Notes: a model not told the origin generated them from the sequence alone. 32,000 bases of DNA from Synechocystis sp. PCC 7338 (GCF_018282115.1 NZ_CP054306.1:821488-853487); one strand, 5' to 3'. Numbered from the stretch's first letter, positions 17,943-28,391 are shown. Translations and numbers: made by a program.

Positions 17943-19850
17943 ATGGTAACCACCCCCACCGCTGCCCCCCGTAAACCATCCAAGGTAGAAGGCATCAAGG
18001 AAAGAAGCAATTATTTACGGGAACCCCTGGCCACCGAACTGTTGAATGATGCGAATTATTTTACGGATGATGCTGTCCAAATTTTGAAATTCCACGGTTC
18101 CTACCAGCAGGACAATCGGGACAATCGGGTTAAGGGCCAGGAAAAGGATTATCAGTTTATGCTCCGCACCCGCAATCCGGGGGGATTGATTCCGGCCCAA
18201 CTCTACACCGCCCTGGATGATCTGTCCAAAACCCATGGCAACCAGACTCTCCGGGTGACCACCAGGCAAGGTTTACAAATCCACGGCATTGTCAAAAAAG
18301 ACTTGAAAATGGCGATCGCCACTGTGGTGAATAATTTGGGCTCTACCCTGGGGGCCTGTGGGGATATTAACCGTAATGTGATGGCTCCGGCGGCTCCCTT
18401 CCGAGACAAGCCCGAATATGGCTATGCCTGGGATTATGCCAATAAGGTGGCGGATCTGCTCAGTCCCCAGAGCGGTGCCTATTACGAAATTTGGCTGGAT
18501 GGGGAAAAAGTTATTAGTGGAGAAGAAGCGCCAGAGGTGAAGGCGGCCCGGCAAAAAAATCTCCATGGCACCAACCTAGATGACCCCAAGGAACCCATTT
18601 ACGGGCAACAGTTCATGCCCCGCAAATTTAAAATTAGCGTTACTGTGCCGGGGGACAATTCCATCGACGTTTATACCCACGACATTAGTTTGGTGGTGAT
18701 CACCGATCGCCATGGGGAGCTACGGGGCTTCAATGTGCTGGCTGGGGGGGGGTTGGGCCGTACCCACAATAAAGAGGAAACCTTTGCCCGGGCCGCTGAC
18801 CCCATTGGTTACGTAGGGAAAGACGATGTTTACGATCTGGTCAAAGCTATTGTGGCCACCCAACGGGATTACGGTGATCGCCATAACCGCCGCCATGCCC
18901 GGATGAAATATCTGTTGGCAGACTGGGGAGTAGAAAAATTCCGCAAACAGGTGGAAAAGTATTTAGGCAAACCGTTCCAATCCTTTAAGCCCCTACCGGC
19001 CTGGCGTTACCAAGATTACCTCGGTTGGCATGAACAGGGAGACGGCAAACTCTTTTTCGGTCTCTCGGTGGAAAATGGCCGCATTAAAGATGAAGGGGAC
19101 TTCCAACTGAAAACCGCCCTACGGAAAGTGGTGGATGAGTTCCAACTGCCCCTGCGCCTCACCGCTAACCACAACATCCTGCTCTACGAAATTAATCCCC
19201 AGGATAAAATGGCGATCGAGCAAATTTTTCAACAGCACGGTGTAGTTACCGACCCAGAGGCGATCGACACCCTGGTGCGTTACTCTATGGCTTGCCCGGC
19301 CCTGCCCACCTGTGGCCTAGCAGTCACCGAGTCGGAAAGGATTATGCCCAGCGTCAATGCCCGCCTGCGGGACCTGTTAAACAGTCTGGATTTGCCCGAC
19401 GAGAGCATTGTCACCAGGATGACCGGCTGCCCCAACGGCTGTGCCCGGCCCTACATGGCGGAAATTGGCTTTGTCGGCAGTGCCCCCAACAGTTACCAAG
19501 TGTGGCTGGGGGGGAGTCCTAATCAGGAACATTTGGCCGCTGCCTACACAGAAAAAATGCCCCTGGAACAGCTAGAAAGCTTTTTTGAGCCTCTATTTGT
19601 CTTCTTCAAACAGAGTCGCAAAGCTAAGGAGAGCTTTGGAGACTTTTGCCATCGGGTTGGTTTCACTGCCCTACGGGAATTTAGCCAGAGTTACACTGTG
19701 CCGACCAAGGGCAACAAAAACCGCAAAAATCAACGCCGGGTTAGCCTGTCCGATGAAATGTATGCCCAGCTCAAGGCCCGGTCTGAGCGGGATAACTGCC
19801 CCATGAATCAAATTGTCCAGGAAGCCCTCACCGCTTACCTCGGCACATAG
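17943..19850 (+). CDS. sir: Ferredoxin-sulfite reductase (siroheme/4Fe-4S) with an extra C-terminal RHH-like tail
   Basis: 635-aa ORF. Cluster/siroheme-binding motifs [10 protein letters not shown] and [10 protein letters not shown], a duplicated nitrite/sulfite-reductase ferredoxin-like half-domain architecture, and an N-terminus typical of Fd-SiR ([12 protein letters not shown]). Confidence 0.92.
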   Translation: MVTTPTAAPRKPSKVEGIKERSNYLREPLATELLNDANYFTDDAVQILKFHGSYQQDNRDNRVKGQEKDYQFMLRTRNPGGLIPAQLYTALDDLSKTHGNQTLRVTTRQGLQIHGIVKKDLKMAIATVVNNLGSTLGACGDINRNVMAPAAPFRDKPEYGYAWDYANKVADLLSPQSGAYYEIWLDGEKVISGEEAPEVKAARQKNLHGTNLDDPKEPIYGQQFMPRKFKISVTVPGDNSIDVYTHDISLVVITDRHGELRGFNVLAGGGLGRTHNKEETFARAADPIGYVGKDDVYDLVKAIVATQRDYGDRHNRRHARMKYLLADWGVEKFRKQVEKYLGKPFQSFKPLPAWRYQDYLGWHEQGDGKLFFGLSVENGRIKDEGDFQLKTALRKVVDEFQLPLRLTANHNILLYEINPQDKMAIEQIFQQHGVVTDPEAIDTLVRYSMACPALPTCGLAVTESERIMPSVNARLRDLLNSLDLPDESIVTRMTGCPNGCARPYMAEIGFVGSAPNSYQVWLGGSPNQEHLAAAYTEKMPLEQLESFFEPLFVFFKQSRKAKESFGDFCHRVGFTALREFSQSYTVPTKGNKNRKNQRRVSLSDEMYAQLKARSERDNCPMNQIVQEALTAYLGT

Positions 19851-20030
19851 GGCCCAACTATTATCCTCCTAAGATGCCGTTGGCTAAACTGTCCCAGCTT
19901 CCCAGTTGGGGGCCAATGGGATCGAAATCTCCCCTCCTGGGGCTATGGAGGGGAAAAATTAGGATTTTGCCGACCAGCTTAACCAAACTGAAACTAGCCG
20001 TCCCCCAGTCCCCCTAACCCGTTAATCAAG

Positions 20031-20957
20031 ATGGATTTTGCCGCCGGTTTACCCATTTTCGTTATCACCCTGCGGGAAGCGTTGGAAGCGTCCTTGGTGG
20101 TGGGCATTGTGCTCGCTTGTTTGGCCCAGGCCCAGCAATTACATTTGAAGGGCTGGGTTTATCGGGGCATTAGCGCTGGTGTGGTAGCCAGTGTGCTAGT
20201 CGGTTGCCTGCTCGCAGGGGTGTTGCAGGGAGTGGATCATCTACCGGGGCCCTACACTCCCATCCTCAAAGCTCTTTTGGCCGCTCTGTTGGGAGCGATC
20301 ACCGTGGGTATGTTGAGTTGGATGTTGCTCTGGATGACTAAACAGGCCCGTTCCCTGCGGAGGGAAATCCAAGGACAAATTGACCAAGCCTTGGCCGAGG
20401 AAGGGGGAGGCAGAGCCATTGCCGTGGTGGTGTTCATTGCGGTGGTGCGGGAAGGCTTTGAAATGGTCCTATTCCTTGCGGCCCAACAGAATATGGCTAA
20501 TCCGGCGGCGATCGGAGCGGCGTTGGCCGGCATTGCTACGGCAGTGGGTATGGCCCTATTAATTTTCCGCGTTGGGGTCAAACTTAATCTCAAGCTTTTT
20601 TTTCAAGTGATGGGTACCCTGTTGCTGATTATCATTGGGGGACTCGTGATTGGGGTGCTGAAAAATCTTGATTTGGCCGTCAGCATGATGGGTCTGACTA
20701 ATCTAGGCCTGGGCTATCTCTGTTTTGTCCCCGGCGACTCCTGCCTGTTGGGACCCCAATTATGGAATTTGGCCCCCTGGCTACCGGATAATCAATTTCC
20801 CGGCATTCTGCTCAAAACCCTGACGGGCTACCGAGACCATCTGTATTTACTCCAGGCGATCACCTATGGCATCTTTTTAAGCGTCATTGGCGGCCTTTAT
20901 TTTCGGCGTTTAGCAAACAAGCCAGGCTCCCCCAGCACCGTAGCTCCAAAATCCTAG
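20031..20957 (+). CDS. FTR1-family high-affinity iron permease
   Basis: 308-aa polytopic membrane ORF with two REXXE iron-binding motifs (LREALEAS in TM1, VREGFEMV in TM4), as in Ftr1/EfeU. Confidence 0.85.
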   Translation: MDFAAGLPIFVITLREALEASLVVGIVLACLAQAQQLHLKGWVYRGISAGVVASVLVGCLLAGVLQGVDHLPGPYTPILKALLAALLGAITVGMLSWMLLWMTKQARSLRREIQGQIDQALAEEGGGRAIAVVVFIAVVREGFEMVLFLAAQQNMANPAAIGAALAGIATAVGMALLIFRVGVKLNLKLFFQVMGTLLLIIIGGLVIGVLKNLDLAVSMMGLTNLGLGYLCFVPGDSCLLGPQLWNLAPWLPDNQFPGILLKTLTGYRDHLYLLQAITYGIFLSVIGGLYFRRLANKPGSPSTVAPKS

Positions 20958-21055
20958 GACAAGGTCTTTCGTTGACCCAATCTCTCCTCTCAACCAATCT
21001 TTTCTTAGCATCCGTAAAATGGTAGGGTTTCTTTCCCCCCTTTTCCCGTGCGTAT

Positions 21056-22231
21056 ATGAAACTCATCTGTCGTCAAAGTGATCTCAGCAGTGGTCTATCC
21101 CTAGTCAGTCGGGCTGTTTCCTCCCGGCCCACCCATCCTGTGTTGGGTAATGTGCTCCTCGAAGCCGATGCAGAGAAAAATTATCTACGCTTAACAGCCT
21201 TTGACCTCAGCCTCGGTATCCAGAGTAGTTTTACCGCCGACGTCCAACAGAGTGGCCGCATCACCCTGCCCGCTAAATTACTCAATGACATTGTTTCTCG
21301 CCTACCGGACGGAGATATTACCATGGCGATCGATCCCGATGAAGAGGCTGGGGATAGTTATTTAACCACTATCACCTCAGAGTCGGGGCGGTTCCAAATT
21401 CGAGGTCTAGATGCGGATGATTTTCCTGCCCTGCCCACCGTGGAAGGAGTCAAACCATTAATGTTACCGGTGGCAACCCTCAATGAAGGGTTACGGGGAG
21501 CCTTATTCGCCGCCAGTACTGATGAGACTAAACAGGTGCTGACGGGGGTGCATATCAAAGGTAGTAGCGATAGTTTGGAATTTGCGGCCACCGATGGTCA
21601 CCGGCTCGCTGTGGTGGAGGCTCCCACCCAAATTGAAAACGATGAAGGGGAAGCAGTGGTTACTGGCAGTGACCTGGCGGATTTTGCTGTTACCATTCCG
21701 GCCCGGGCCCTACGGGAATTAGAAAGAATGGTAGCCAGCCAGGGTAATAGTGATTTAGTTTCCCTGGTGGTGAACGATACCCAGGTAATTTTCGAGTTGG
21801 GGGATCAAAGGTTGACTAGCCGCAAATTGGAAGGGGCCTATCCCGCCTATGACCAGCTTATTCCCCGACAGTTTAGCCGCACTGTCACCATGGAACGAAA
21901 ACGGTTAATTACCTCCTTGGAAAGGGTTTCTGTGCTGGCGGATCAGAAAAATAACTTAGTCACCTTCACCCTCCAAAGCCCCGGTAACCAACTCCGGTTG
22001 GCGGTGGAAGCCCAGGACTTGGGCCATGGGGAAGAATCCATGGGGGCAGAAATTATTGGCGAAGGCGGACAAATTGCCTTCAATATCAAATATTTAATGG
22101 ACGGACTGAAGGCATTGCCTAGCAATGATATTCAAATGCAACTCAATGAAGGTAATCAGCCAGTGATTTTTACTCCCCTGGGGGGGCTGAAAATGACCTA
22201 TCTGGTTATGCCGGTGCGGCTAGTGGGCTAG
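21056..22231 (+). CDS. dnaN: DNA polymerase III beta sliding clamp
   Basis: 391-aa [13 protein letters not shown]..., [19 protein letters not shown] and the C-terminus YLVMPVRL match DnaN in length and pattern. Confidence 0.93.
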   Translation: MKLICRQSDLSSGLSLVSRAVSSRPTHPVLGNVLLEADAEKNYLRLTAFDLSLGIQSSFTADVQQSGRITLPAKLLNDIVSRLPDGDITMAIDPDEEAGDSYLTTITSESGRFQIRGLDADDFPALPTVEGVKPLMLPVATLNEGLRGALFAASTDETKQVLTGVHIKGSSDSLEFAATDGHRLAVVEAPTQIENDEGEAVVTGSDLADFAVTIPARALRELERMVASQGNSDLVSLVVNDTQVIFELGDQRLTSRKLEGAYPAYDQLIPRQFSRTVTMERKRLITSLERVSVLADQKNNLVTFTLQSPGNQLRLAVEAQDLGHGEESMGAEIIGEGGQIAFNIKYLMDGLKALPSNDIQMQLNEGNQPVIFTPLGGLKMTYLVMPVRLVG

Positions 22232-22385
22232 GGTTGGGCAAAATCCTTTAGGGATTGGCCATGGGACTATGGCAAAATATGTGAGGCTCAAACCGCTGAT
22301 GGCCATCCTTTCTGCCGGTTTGTCTGGGGAAACTGTCCCATTCCCTGATGCTTGCTTATTTTTTTGTCTTTTTGGTCGCCTGCCC

Positions 22386-23180
22386 ATGAACGCTGTTGCC
22401 GCTTGTTTTACTGCTCTCCGTCAAAGGGGGGAATGTGCTTTGATTCCTTTCCTCACAGCGGGAGACCCAGATTTAGCCACCACAGCCGAAGCGTTGCGAG
22501 TTTTAGACCGAGCGGGGGCAGATTTAATTGAGTTGGGGGTGCCCTATTCCGACCCCCTGGCCGATGGCCCTGTTATCCAAGCGGCGGCCACCAGGGCTTT
22601 GCAAAAAGGGGTCAAGTTGGATGACGTCCTTGACATTGTCCGGCAGGTTCACGGGGAGATTAAGGCGCCAATTATTTTATTCACCTACTACAATCCCATT
22701 TTTTACCAGGGCATCGAGGTTTTTCTCAATAAGATTAAGGCCGCTGGCGTAAAGGGCTTAGTGGTACCGGATTTGCCCCTAGAGGAGTCCGATCGCCTGT
22801 TGGAGGCCACCGCTGAGCGGGGCTTGGAGTTGATTTTATTGGTGGCTCCCACCAGTTCCCCAGCAAGACAAACGGCGATCGCCAAAAAGTCCCAAGGCTT
22901 TGTTTACCTAGTCAGTGTGACGGGGGTAACGGGGGTGAGAACGGCAGTGGGATCACGGGTGGAAACATTGTTGGCAGGGATGCGCCAAGTAACCGATAAG
23001 CCCATTGGCGTTGGCTTTGGCATTTCCCAACCGGAACAGGCTCGGCAGGTGAAAGCTTGGGGCGCAGACGCGGTAATTGTGGGCAGTGCCATGGTCAAAC
23101 GCTTAGCAGAACAAACCCCAGCAGAAGGATTGCAATCCCTAGAGGATTTTTGTCGCCAGCTCAAGGCTGCTATTAGTTAG
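22386..23180 (+). CDS. trpA: Tryptophan synthase alpha chain
   Basis: ORF 22269..23180. TrpA similarity begins at M40 ([30 protein letters not shown]). Motifs [17 protein letters not shown] and [13 protein letters not shown]. The upstream 39 codons are probably spurious. Confidence 0.9.
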   Translation: MNAVAACFTALRQRGECALIPFLTAGDPDLATTAEALRVLDRAGADLIELGVPYSDPLADGPVIQAAATRALQKGVKLDDVLDIVRQVHGEIKAPIILFTYYNPIFYQGIEVFLNKIKAAGVKGLVVPDLPLEESDRLLEATAERGLELILLVAPTSSPARQTAIAKKSQGFVYLVSVTGVTGVRTAVGSRVETLLAGMRQVTDKPIGVGFGISQPEQARQVKAWGADAVIVGSAMVKRLAEQTPAEGLQSLEDFCRQLKAAIS

Positions 23181-23300
23181 AGGCAATTATTCCGGATCAA
23201 GGGCGGAAATCCCCATCCCCCAGGGAAATTAGCCCGTTTGGGTGAAGACAGCCTGGGCAGTTTCCCTTTATCGTGGGGTTAACTGAGCGAGAGGAGAAAG

Positions 23301-23753
23301 ATGATGAAAACGATTAAAAGCCCATTCATTGCCCTTGGTCTGATTTTTGCTAGTCCCCTGATGTGGGGAGGCACGGCGATCGCCGAGAATGCCGATCACG
23401 TACAGCAACTATTGGCAACCAATGCCTGTATGAACTGTGACCTGTCCGGGGCAGACCTGGCCGGTGCCCATCTGATCGGGGCCGATTTACGCAACGCTAA
23501 CCTGGCGGGTACTAACCTCAACGAAGCCAATTTGGAAGGGGCCGATCTAACCGGCGCTAACCTACAGAATGCTGACCTGCGGGGAGCCATGGTCACCAAC
23601 GCTACCCTCAACCAAGCCAATTTGACTAAGGCTGATTTTGCCTTTGCCAAACTCTACGATGTGGACGTGACCGGTGCCACCGTTGATGGCATGAATATCC
23701 AAAATGCCGAAATTTACAACACTGGCATTGGTATTGGAGGCGGCGACGACTAA
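23301..23753 (+). CDS. Pentapeptide-repeat protein with signal peptide
   Basis: 150-aa ORF. A good RBS (GAGAGGAGAAAG), an N-terminal signal sequence, then about 20 consecutive A(D/N)LxG-type pentapeptides (ADLAGAHLIGADLRNANLAGTNLNEANLEGADLTGANLQNADLRGA...). Confidence 0.88.
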   Translation: MMKTIKSPFIALGLIFASPLMWGGTAIAENADHVQQLLATNACMNCDLSGADLAGAHLIGADLRNANLAGTNLNEANLEGADLTGANLQNADLRGAMVTNATLNQANLTKADFAFAKLYDVDVTGATVDGMNIQNAEIYNTGIGIGGGDD

Positions 23754-23804
23754 TTACCTTTACTAAAGTTTAGTCAGAGAATGGCGATCGCCATGGGGCA
23801 AATA

Positions 23805-24176
23805 TTAATGATTCCGTTCCTGTTGCTCCATTTCCATCCTGATCTCCGATTCCAGTTCCTTACCGAGGAAATAGTTCAAGAAGGTTCTGATCACAGCAAT
23901 CAGCCCCAGCTTGCTCAGGCTTTCTAGGGTGGGGGCAATGGTAGTGGAAAGAATGTCTGCTCCCAATTGAAATTCCAGTGCCAAGGCTAACCACAAACCG
24001 AATTGCAGACGAACACTATTAAAGAATTTCGGGGTGCCCATGGTACGGCGATCGGCAGCCCAAACCATGTGCAAAGTTTTAATTAAGCCAAGGATAATAC
24101 AGAGTACGGAAAAACTTTCCAGGAAAAACTTGGTAATGCCGACCAGGTTACCCAGGTAATGATCTAAAACTTCCAT
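23805..24176 (-). CDS. Small integral membrane protein (DUF1622-like, from memory)
   Basis: 123-aa ORF with about 3-4 hydrophobic segments and the central LALEFQLGADILST motif. Confidence 0.6.
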   Translation of the reverse strand: MEVLDHYLGNLVGITKFFLESFSVLCIILGLIKTLHMVWAADRRTMGTPKFFNSVRLQFGLWLALALEFQLGADILSTTIAPTLESLSKLGLIAVIRTFLNYFLGKELESEIRMEMEQQERNH

Positions 24177-24214
24177 AAGTCTGGAACAGTAATTTTATTT
24201 TGTTTCCCCCCAGC

Positions 24215-25396
24215 CTAGTTGTGGTTAAGAAATTGGCCAATTTTTTCGGCCGCTGTGGCTAAAATGGTCGGTTCCTGTACTAAAGCAAAACGCACATAGC
24301 CCTCCCCGCCTTGACCAAAGCCAGATCCTGGGGAAAGGGCGACGCCGGTTTTGGCCACCAGTTTTTGACAAAATTCCAGGGAATTGCCAGACCAACTAGG
24401 GGGTAATGGAGCCCAGACGTACATGGTGGCCGTGGGTAGGGGCACAGCCCAGCCAATTTTAGCTAAAGCGTCAACCAGGGTGGCCCGCCGTTGGGAAAAT
24501 ATAGCCACCGTTTGCTGCACAATGGCCGGCGGACTTTCCAGGGCGGCGATCGCCCCTTGGAGAATGCCTTCGTATTGGTTAAAATCCACCACCGCTTTAA
24601 TTTTTTTCAGGGCGGTAATTAACTGGGCGTTGCCAATGGCAAAACCGATGCGAAATCCTCCCATGTTATAGGATTTGGAAAAGGTGAAGAACTCGATGGT
24701 ACAGGTTTTATGGGGATCGGCGGACAATATGGATGGAGGAAGATCTGCACCATCAAAAACCAGATCCATGTAGGGAAAATCGTGTACTAAAACTAAATCA
24801 TGGTCACGACAAAATTGCACCGCTGTTTGAAAAAATTCCAAGCTGGCGATCGCCGTGGTGGGATTGTGGGGATAGCTGAGTACCATCATTTTGGCTTTGC
24901 TTAAAATCACCTCGGGAATAGCCGCAAAAACCGGTAAAAATTGGTTTTCCGCCCTCAATGGCATCGGGTAAATTTTCCCTCCGGCCAGGTACACGCCCCC
25001 CATGTGGGAAGGATAACCGGGGTCCATTAACAACGCCACGTCACCGGGATTTAAGACCGCCAGGGGTAAATGGGCTGTGCCTTCCTGGGAGCCAATCAGG
25101 GGCAATACTTCCGTTTCCGCATCTATGGCTAAACCAAATCTCTTTTCATACCAAACGGCGATCGCCTTTCTTAAAGGTAAAGTTCCTTGATGCAGAAGAT
25201 AACCATGGGTCTGGGGATCATGCAACGCTTTGGCGATCGTGGCAATAATGGGGGCGGGGGTAGGTAAATCGGAGGAACCAAGGGAAAGATCAATGATGGT
25301 TTGTCCCTGGGCCCTGGCCTGGGCTTTAGCCAGATCCATATCAGCAAAAACGTTGCCACCAAAGGAATTGAGACGATCGGCAAATTGCATAAACAA
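24215..25396 (-). CDS. Class I/II (fold-type I) aminotransferase, aspartate/LL-DAP-aminotransferase-like
   Basis: 393-aa ORF. PLP-lysine motif SFSKSYNMGGFRIG, YPHNPTT upstream of it, and an N-terminus typical of the family. The substrate cannot be assigned from sequence alone. Confidence 0.88.
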   Translation of the reverse strand: MFMQFADRLNSFGGNVFADMDLAKAQARAQGQTIIDLSLGSSDLPTPAPIIATIAKALHDPQTHGYLLHQGTLPLRKAIAVWYEKRFGLAIDAETEVLPLIGSQEGTAHLPLAVLNPGDVALLMDPGYPSHMGGVYLAGGKIYPMPLRAENQFLPVFAAIPEVILSKAKMMVLSYPHNPTTAIASLEFFQTAVQFCRDHDLVLVHDFPYMDLVFDGADLPPSILSADPHKTCTIEFFTFSKSYNMGGFRIGFAIGNAQLITALKKIKAVVDFNQYEGILQGAIAALESPPAIVQQTVAIFSQRRATLVDALAKIGWAVPLPTATMYVWAPLPPSWSGNSLEFCQKLVAKTGVALSPGSGFGQGGEGYVRFALVQEPTILATAAEKIGQFLNHN

Positions 25397-25639
25397 GTGA
25401 TTAGAAATTATCAGGATCGATCCAATCTAGCCCACCAGTTTAAGTAATTAGCAAAAGCTTGCCCCTAACGGTATTGGTAAACTAGGTAATCGGCAAAATA
25501 GTGGTAACCATGACAAAAAAGGATTGGTGTAGTGTGGCTAACGGTTCCTCCTTGCTCGGCAACCCCATAATCGGAGAATGTCTGTTTAAATGGTTACTGG
25601 CGAGTACCTAGATTAAGTTTGTGAAACAACCATAGTGGG

Positions 25640-26200
25640 ATGAATAGTAATTTTTCTCTCAAGTTTTTGGCCGTGCCGGCCTTTGCCCTGTCCATAGCGA
25701 CCATGGGAATTTTTGATTTGCCCAAGGGGTCGGCATTTGAGGCTTATTCCGGCCAGAATCCGCCATCTCCATTGGCTTCCTGTCCCCTGCCAGAAGAGGT
25801 TATTTCCCTAGGGCGATCGCCCCACGGAGAAGTTTTAATGGCTTCAGCGGCCAATGTGCCCATTCCAGCGGAGAACCCCAGTCAATCCCAGGAGTTCGAC
25901 TTCGATTTTAGCTATGCGGAAAGTGATGCGGCCGTTGCCCTATTTGGCTGTGATTGTCCGGCCTGTATCGGTGCCTTGCGACAACTACGGAGTCAGCCCT
26001 ACACTTCCCAAAGGTTAACCAGTAACCGCCCCACTGCCGATAAATCCTTTTTTAGCAAAAACCAGGCTAGGTTTAATGACCCAGTGGAAGGGCATTGCTG
26101 GGCCAATCTTCAAGAATTGGCAACGGAAGAGGATATCCAAGTGGTTCTGCAAACCCTGGAAAATGAAGAGTCTGTGGAAAAGGCAAAGGAAACTTTCTAA
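25640..26200 (+). CDS. Hypothetical secreted protein with CDCPAC motif
   Basis: 186-aa ORF with a signal peptide (FLAVPAFALSIATMG), a P/S-rich linker, and a FGCDCPACIGALRQLR motif. I recognise no family. Confidence 0.45.
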   Translation: MNSNFSLKFLAVPAFALSIATMGIFDLPKGSAFEAYSGQNPPSPLASCPLPEEVISLGRSPHGEVLMASAANVPIPAENPSQSQEFDFDFSYAESDAAVALFGCDCPACIGALRQLRSQPYTSQRLTSNRPTADKSFFSKNQARFNDPVEGHCWANLQELATEEDIQVVLQTLENEESVEKAKETF

Positions 26201-26209
26201 CCCTTGTGC

Positions 26210-27259
26210 CTACGCATCCCCTTTGCCAGTCATATTCTCTGCCCATAGAAGCAATTTCCCGCCACAGCCCCCGGCGGCGAGATGATTCCCTTGGGGTGAC
26301 CAGGCTAGGGTAGAGAATCCGGCGGCTACTCCTTCCAGAACTTGGGCGGCATGGGTAGCTTTTTTCCACAGGCAGACTAAACCATCTTCCGAAGCAGAGG
26401 CCAATAGGTTGGAACGGGGTTTAAAGGCGATCGCCGTTATTGTCCCATTGTGTAAGTCCAAGGGTTGAGCGACCCAATTATCATTTTCTCCCTGAACCCA
26501 GGCCACCATACTCTTACCACTGCTAGAAACCAACAGGGGTGAGCTTTCCGGAGCTTTCATAGACCAGGCCAAATGCCGTACCTTGCCCGGAAATCCTTGC
26601 ATTTGCCAGGGGTCAAGGTTTTCCCATTCCCAAACTAACAATGTTCGGTCATTATTACCGGAAGCCAAATACTGCCCATCGAGGGAGAAAGCGATCACCC
26701 CGCTAGCTCCACTGATATCCCACAGATGTGGATCATCATCCCAGGCTTTTGTCTTCCAAACTTTGAGGCTCTGGTTACCGGCTAGGACTAAAAAGTTGCC
26801 GCTGGGATGCCAGGCCATATCCAACACCGACGATTTTTCAAAGTTAATCGTTGCCACCACGGCCTTGAGGCCCCCATCCCATATTTGGGTGTATTTTCCC
26901 AGGGCAAAGGCCAGTTCTGGACGCTGGGGATGCCACCGCAGGCAATCGACCCAAGTCCGCTTATTTTCCAGTTCGGTTAGTAATACTGCCCCATCCTCCC
27001 CCACCTGCCAAATACGCACTGTGCCATCCTGGCCCCCCGTTGCCAAAAATTGACCATCGGCTGAAAAGGCGATTGCATCCAGCGAAAAACCCTGCTTTTC
27101 CCGCAAAGTTAGTAAATTTTTTTCCTGGAGCGTTAATAGCACTACCTCCCCCGCCGCTGAAGCCACCGCCAGAAAAGATCCATTTGGTGACCAGGCGATC
27201 GCTGTTACATAATCCGACAGAATGGTTTGCCAACGGAGGGTGAGCAGGGATTTAGCCAT
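26210..27259 (-). CDS. WD40-repeat (beta-propeller) protein
   Basis: 349-aa ORF with about 7 repeats ending in W-x motifs (GTVRIWQ, YTQIWD, SLKVWK, RTLLVWEW, KSMVAWV, GLVCLWK, GKLLLWA). Lies 69 nt downstream of the COG0523 gene on the same strand. Confidence 0.85.
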   Translation of the reverse strand: MAKSLLTLRWQTILSDYVTAIAWSPNGSFLAVASAAGEVVLLTLQEKNLLTLREKQGFSLDAIAFSADGQFLATGGQDGTVRIWQVGEDGAVLLTELENKRTWVDCLRWHPQRPELAFALGKYTQIWDGGLKAVVATINFEKSSVLDMAWHPSGNFLVLAGNQSLKVWKTKAWDDDPHLWDISGASGVIAFSLDGQYLASGNNDRTLLVWEWENLDPWQMQGFPGKVRHLAWSMKAPESSPLLVSSSGKSMVAWVQGENDNWVAQPLDLHNGTITAIAFKPRSNLLASASEDGLVCLWKKATHAAQVLEGVAAGFSTLAWSPQGNHLAAGGCGGKLLLWAENMTGKGDA

Positions 27260-27328
27260 GGAACAGAGGAAACTAGTTGGGAAAATTTAACGGCAATGGA
27301 ACGGTTTGATTAGCCAAAAAACCTGGGA

Positions 27329-28300
27329 CTATTGCAGGCATTCCCGAAATCCTTTCTCCAAACCCATGGCTTCCAGATTTCTGCCGATGAAGACCAACTC
27401 ATTTTTACGGGTTTCATTGTCCCGCCAAGGCCGATCCTGACGCCCTTCAAACAACATGTGGACCCCCTGGAAAACAAAGCGGCAGTCTTCCCCGGCGATG
27501 TTGAGGATACCTTTCATACGAAAAATATCGGGGCCATGGTCCCGTAGCAATATCCCCAGCCAGCGGTTCAGTTTAGCTCCGTCTATTTCCCCTGGTTCCA
27601 CTAAAGCAATGGAATGAACGGTTTCGTCATGTTCGTGGGCAGTTTCGTTGAGAAATTCGGGATCAATTTTTAAGGCATTACCCAAATCAAAGGCATTCAC
27701 CCCAAGGATAGAATCCATCTCCACTTGGGCATCACGGGTGCGATAAATTTTGGCGATCGCATTCATTGCCCGGATTTTTTCTTCTAGAGCCTGTAACTCA
27801 ACTTCCGTAACCAGGTCAGTTTTGTTAAGTAAGATGACGTCGGCAAAGGCAATTTGCTCCACAGCTTCTTCTGCTTCCCAGTGTTGGGCAATGTGGGCGG
27901 CGTCCACCACCGTCACCACTGCGTCTAAGCTGGTTTGGGTTTGTACCTCATCATCCACAAAAAAAGTCTGAATTACTGGGGCCGGGTCAGCTAGTCCGGT
28001 GGTTTCAATAACAAGGTGATCGAATTTGTCCCGACGCTTCATCAAGTTGCTAATGATGCGGATCAGATCACCCCGCACAGTACAGCAGATACAGCCGTTA
28101 TTCATCTCGAAGATTTCTTCGTCGGCATCAATGATCAGTTGATTATCTATGCCCACCTCACCAAATTCATTGACAATAACCGCCACTTTTTTACCATGCT
28201 CATGGGTGAGAATGCGATTTAGTAGAGTTGTTTTACCCGCCCCTAGATAGCCTGTAAGCACTGTGACTGGAACCGAACGCAGGGTATCAGCAATAACCAT
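27329..28300 (-). CDS. COG0523 / CobW-family G3E GTPase (putative metallochaperone)
   Basis: 323-aa ORF. P-loop GYLGAGKTTLLN, metal-binding CICCTVRGD (CxCC), Walker B ETTGLADP, NKTD specificity motif, and a CobW C-terminal domain. Confidence 0.9.
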   Translation of the reverse strand: MVIADTLRSVPVTVLTGYLGAGKTTLLNRILTHEHGKKVAVIVNEFGEVGIDNQLIIDADEEIFEMNNGCICCTVRGDLIRIISNLMKRRDKFDHLVIETTGLADPAPVIQTFFVDDEVQTQTSLDAVVTVVDAAHIAQHWEAEEAVEQIAFADVILLNKTDLVTEVELQALEEKIRAMNAIAKIYRTRDAQVEMDSILGVNAFDLGNALKIDPEFLNETAHEHDETVHSIALVEPGEIDGAKLNRWLGILLRDHGPDIFRMKGILNIAGEDCRFVFQGVHMLFEGRQDRPWRDNETRKNELVFIGRNLEAMGLEKGFRECLQ

Positions 28301-28372
28301 AATCAGATTTAGGTGATAGTCAACGACCTTGATCTTAATCCGGATTCACCCGTAAGATGTTCCGTGACTAAT

Positions 28373-28391
28373 TATAACGATAATCATTCCC
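28373..28391. promoter_or_regulatory. Fur-family (Fur/Zur-type) operator candidate in a divergent promoter
   Basis: TATAACGATAATCATTCCC matches the 19-bp Fur consensus GATAATGATAATCATTATC at 15/19 positions, including a 10-nt perfect core GATAATCATT. It lies 73-91 nt upstream of the COG0523 ATG and 8 nt upstream of the flavoprotein ATG. Confidence 0.45.

Noticed and set aside
20958-21055. Possible oriC or DnaA-box cluster upstream of dnaN
   Set aside because: I found no TTATCCACA or TTTTCCACA-type boxes in the 98-bp dnaN upstream region or nearby. dnaA is not adjacent.
22269-22385. 39-codon N-terminal extension of trpA
   Set aside because: TrpA homology starts at M40. The extension is hydrophobic and Cys-rich with no TrpA counterpart, so the true start is probably 22386.
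23396-23650. 84-aa ORF antisense to the pentapeptide-repeat gene
   Set aside because: It is a mirror product of the repetitive GCC/AAC-rich repeat DNA (the SA/LA/RL repeats), which is an expected artefact.
23781-23794. 14-bp palindrome ATGGCGATCGCCAT between the convergent pentapeptide and membrane-protein genes, a possible terminator hairpin
   Set aside because: It is simply an extended HIP1 copy with no loop and no U-tract, and HIP1 occurs everywhere in this genome.
25510-25611. 33-aa ORF (MTKKDWCSVANGSSLLGNPIIGECLFKWLLAST) in the 243-bp gap upstream of 25640
   Set aside because: It has no RBS and no recognisable small-protein family, and its length is within chance expectation.
26583-27053. 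156-aa plus-strand ORF inside the WD40 gene
   Set aside because: It is antisense to a clear 7-repeat WD40 CDS, has no recognisable domain and has a Ser/Pro/Arg-rich composition.
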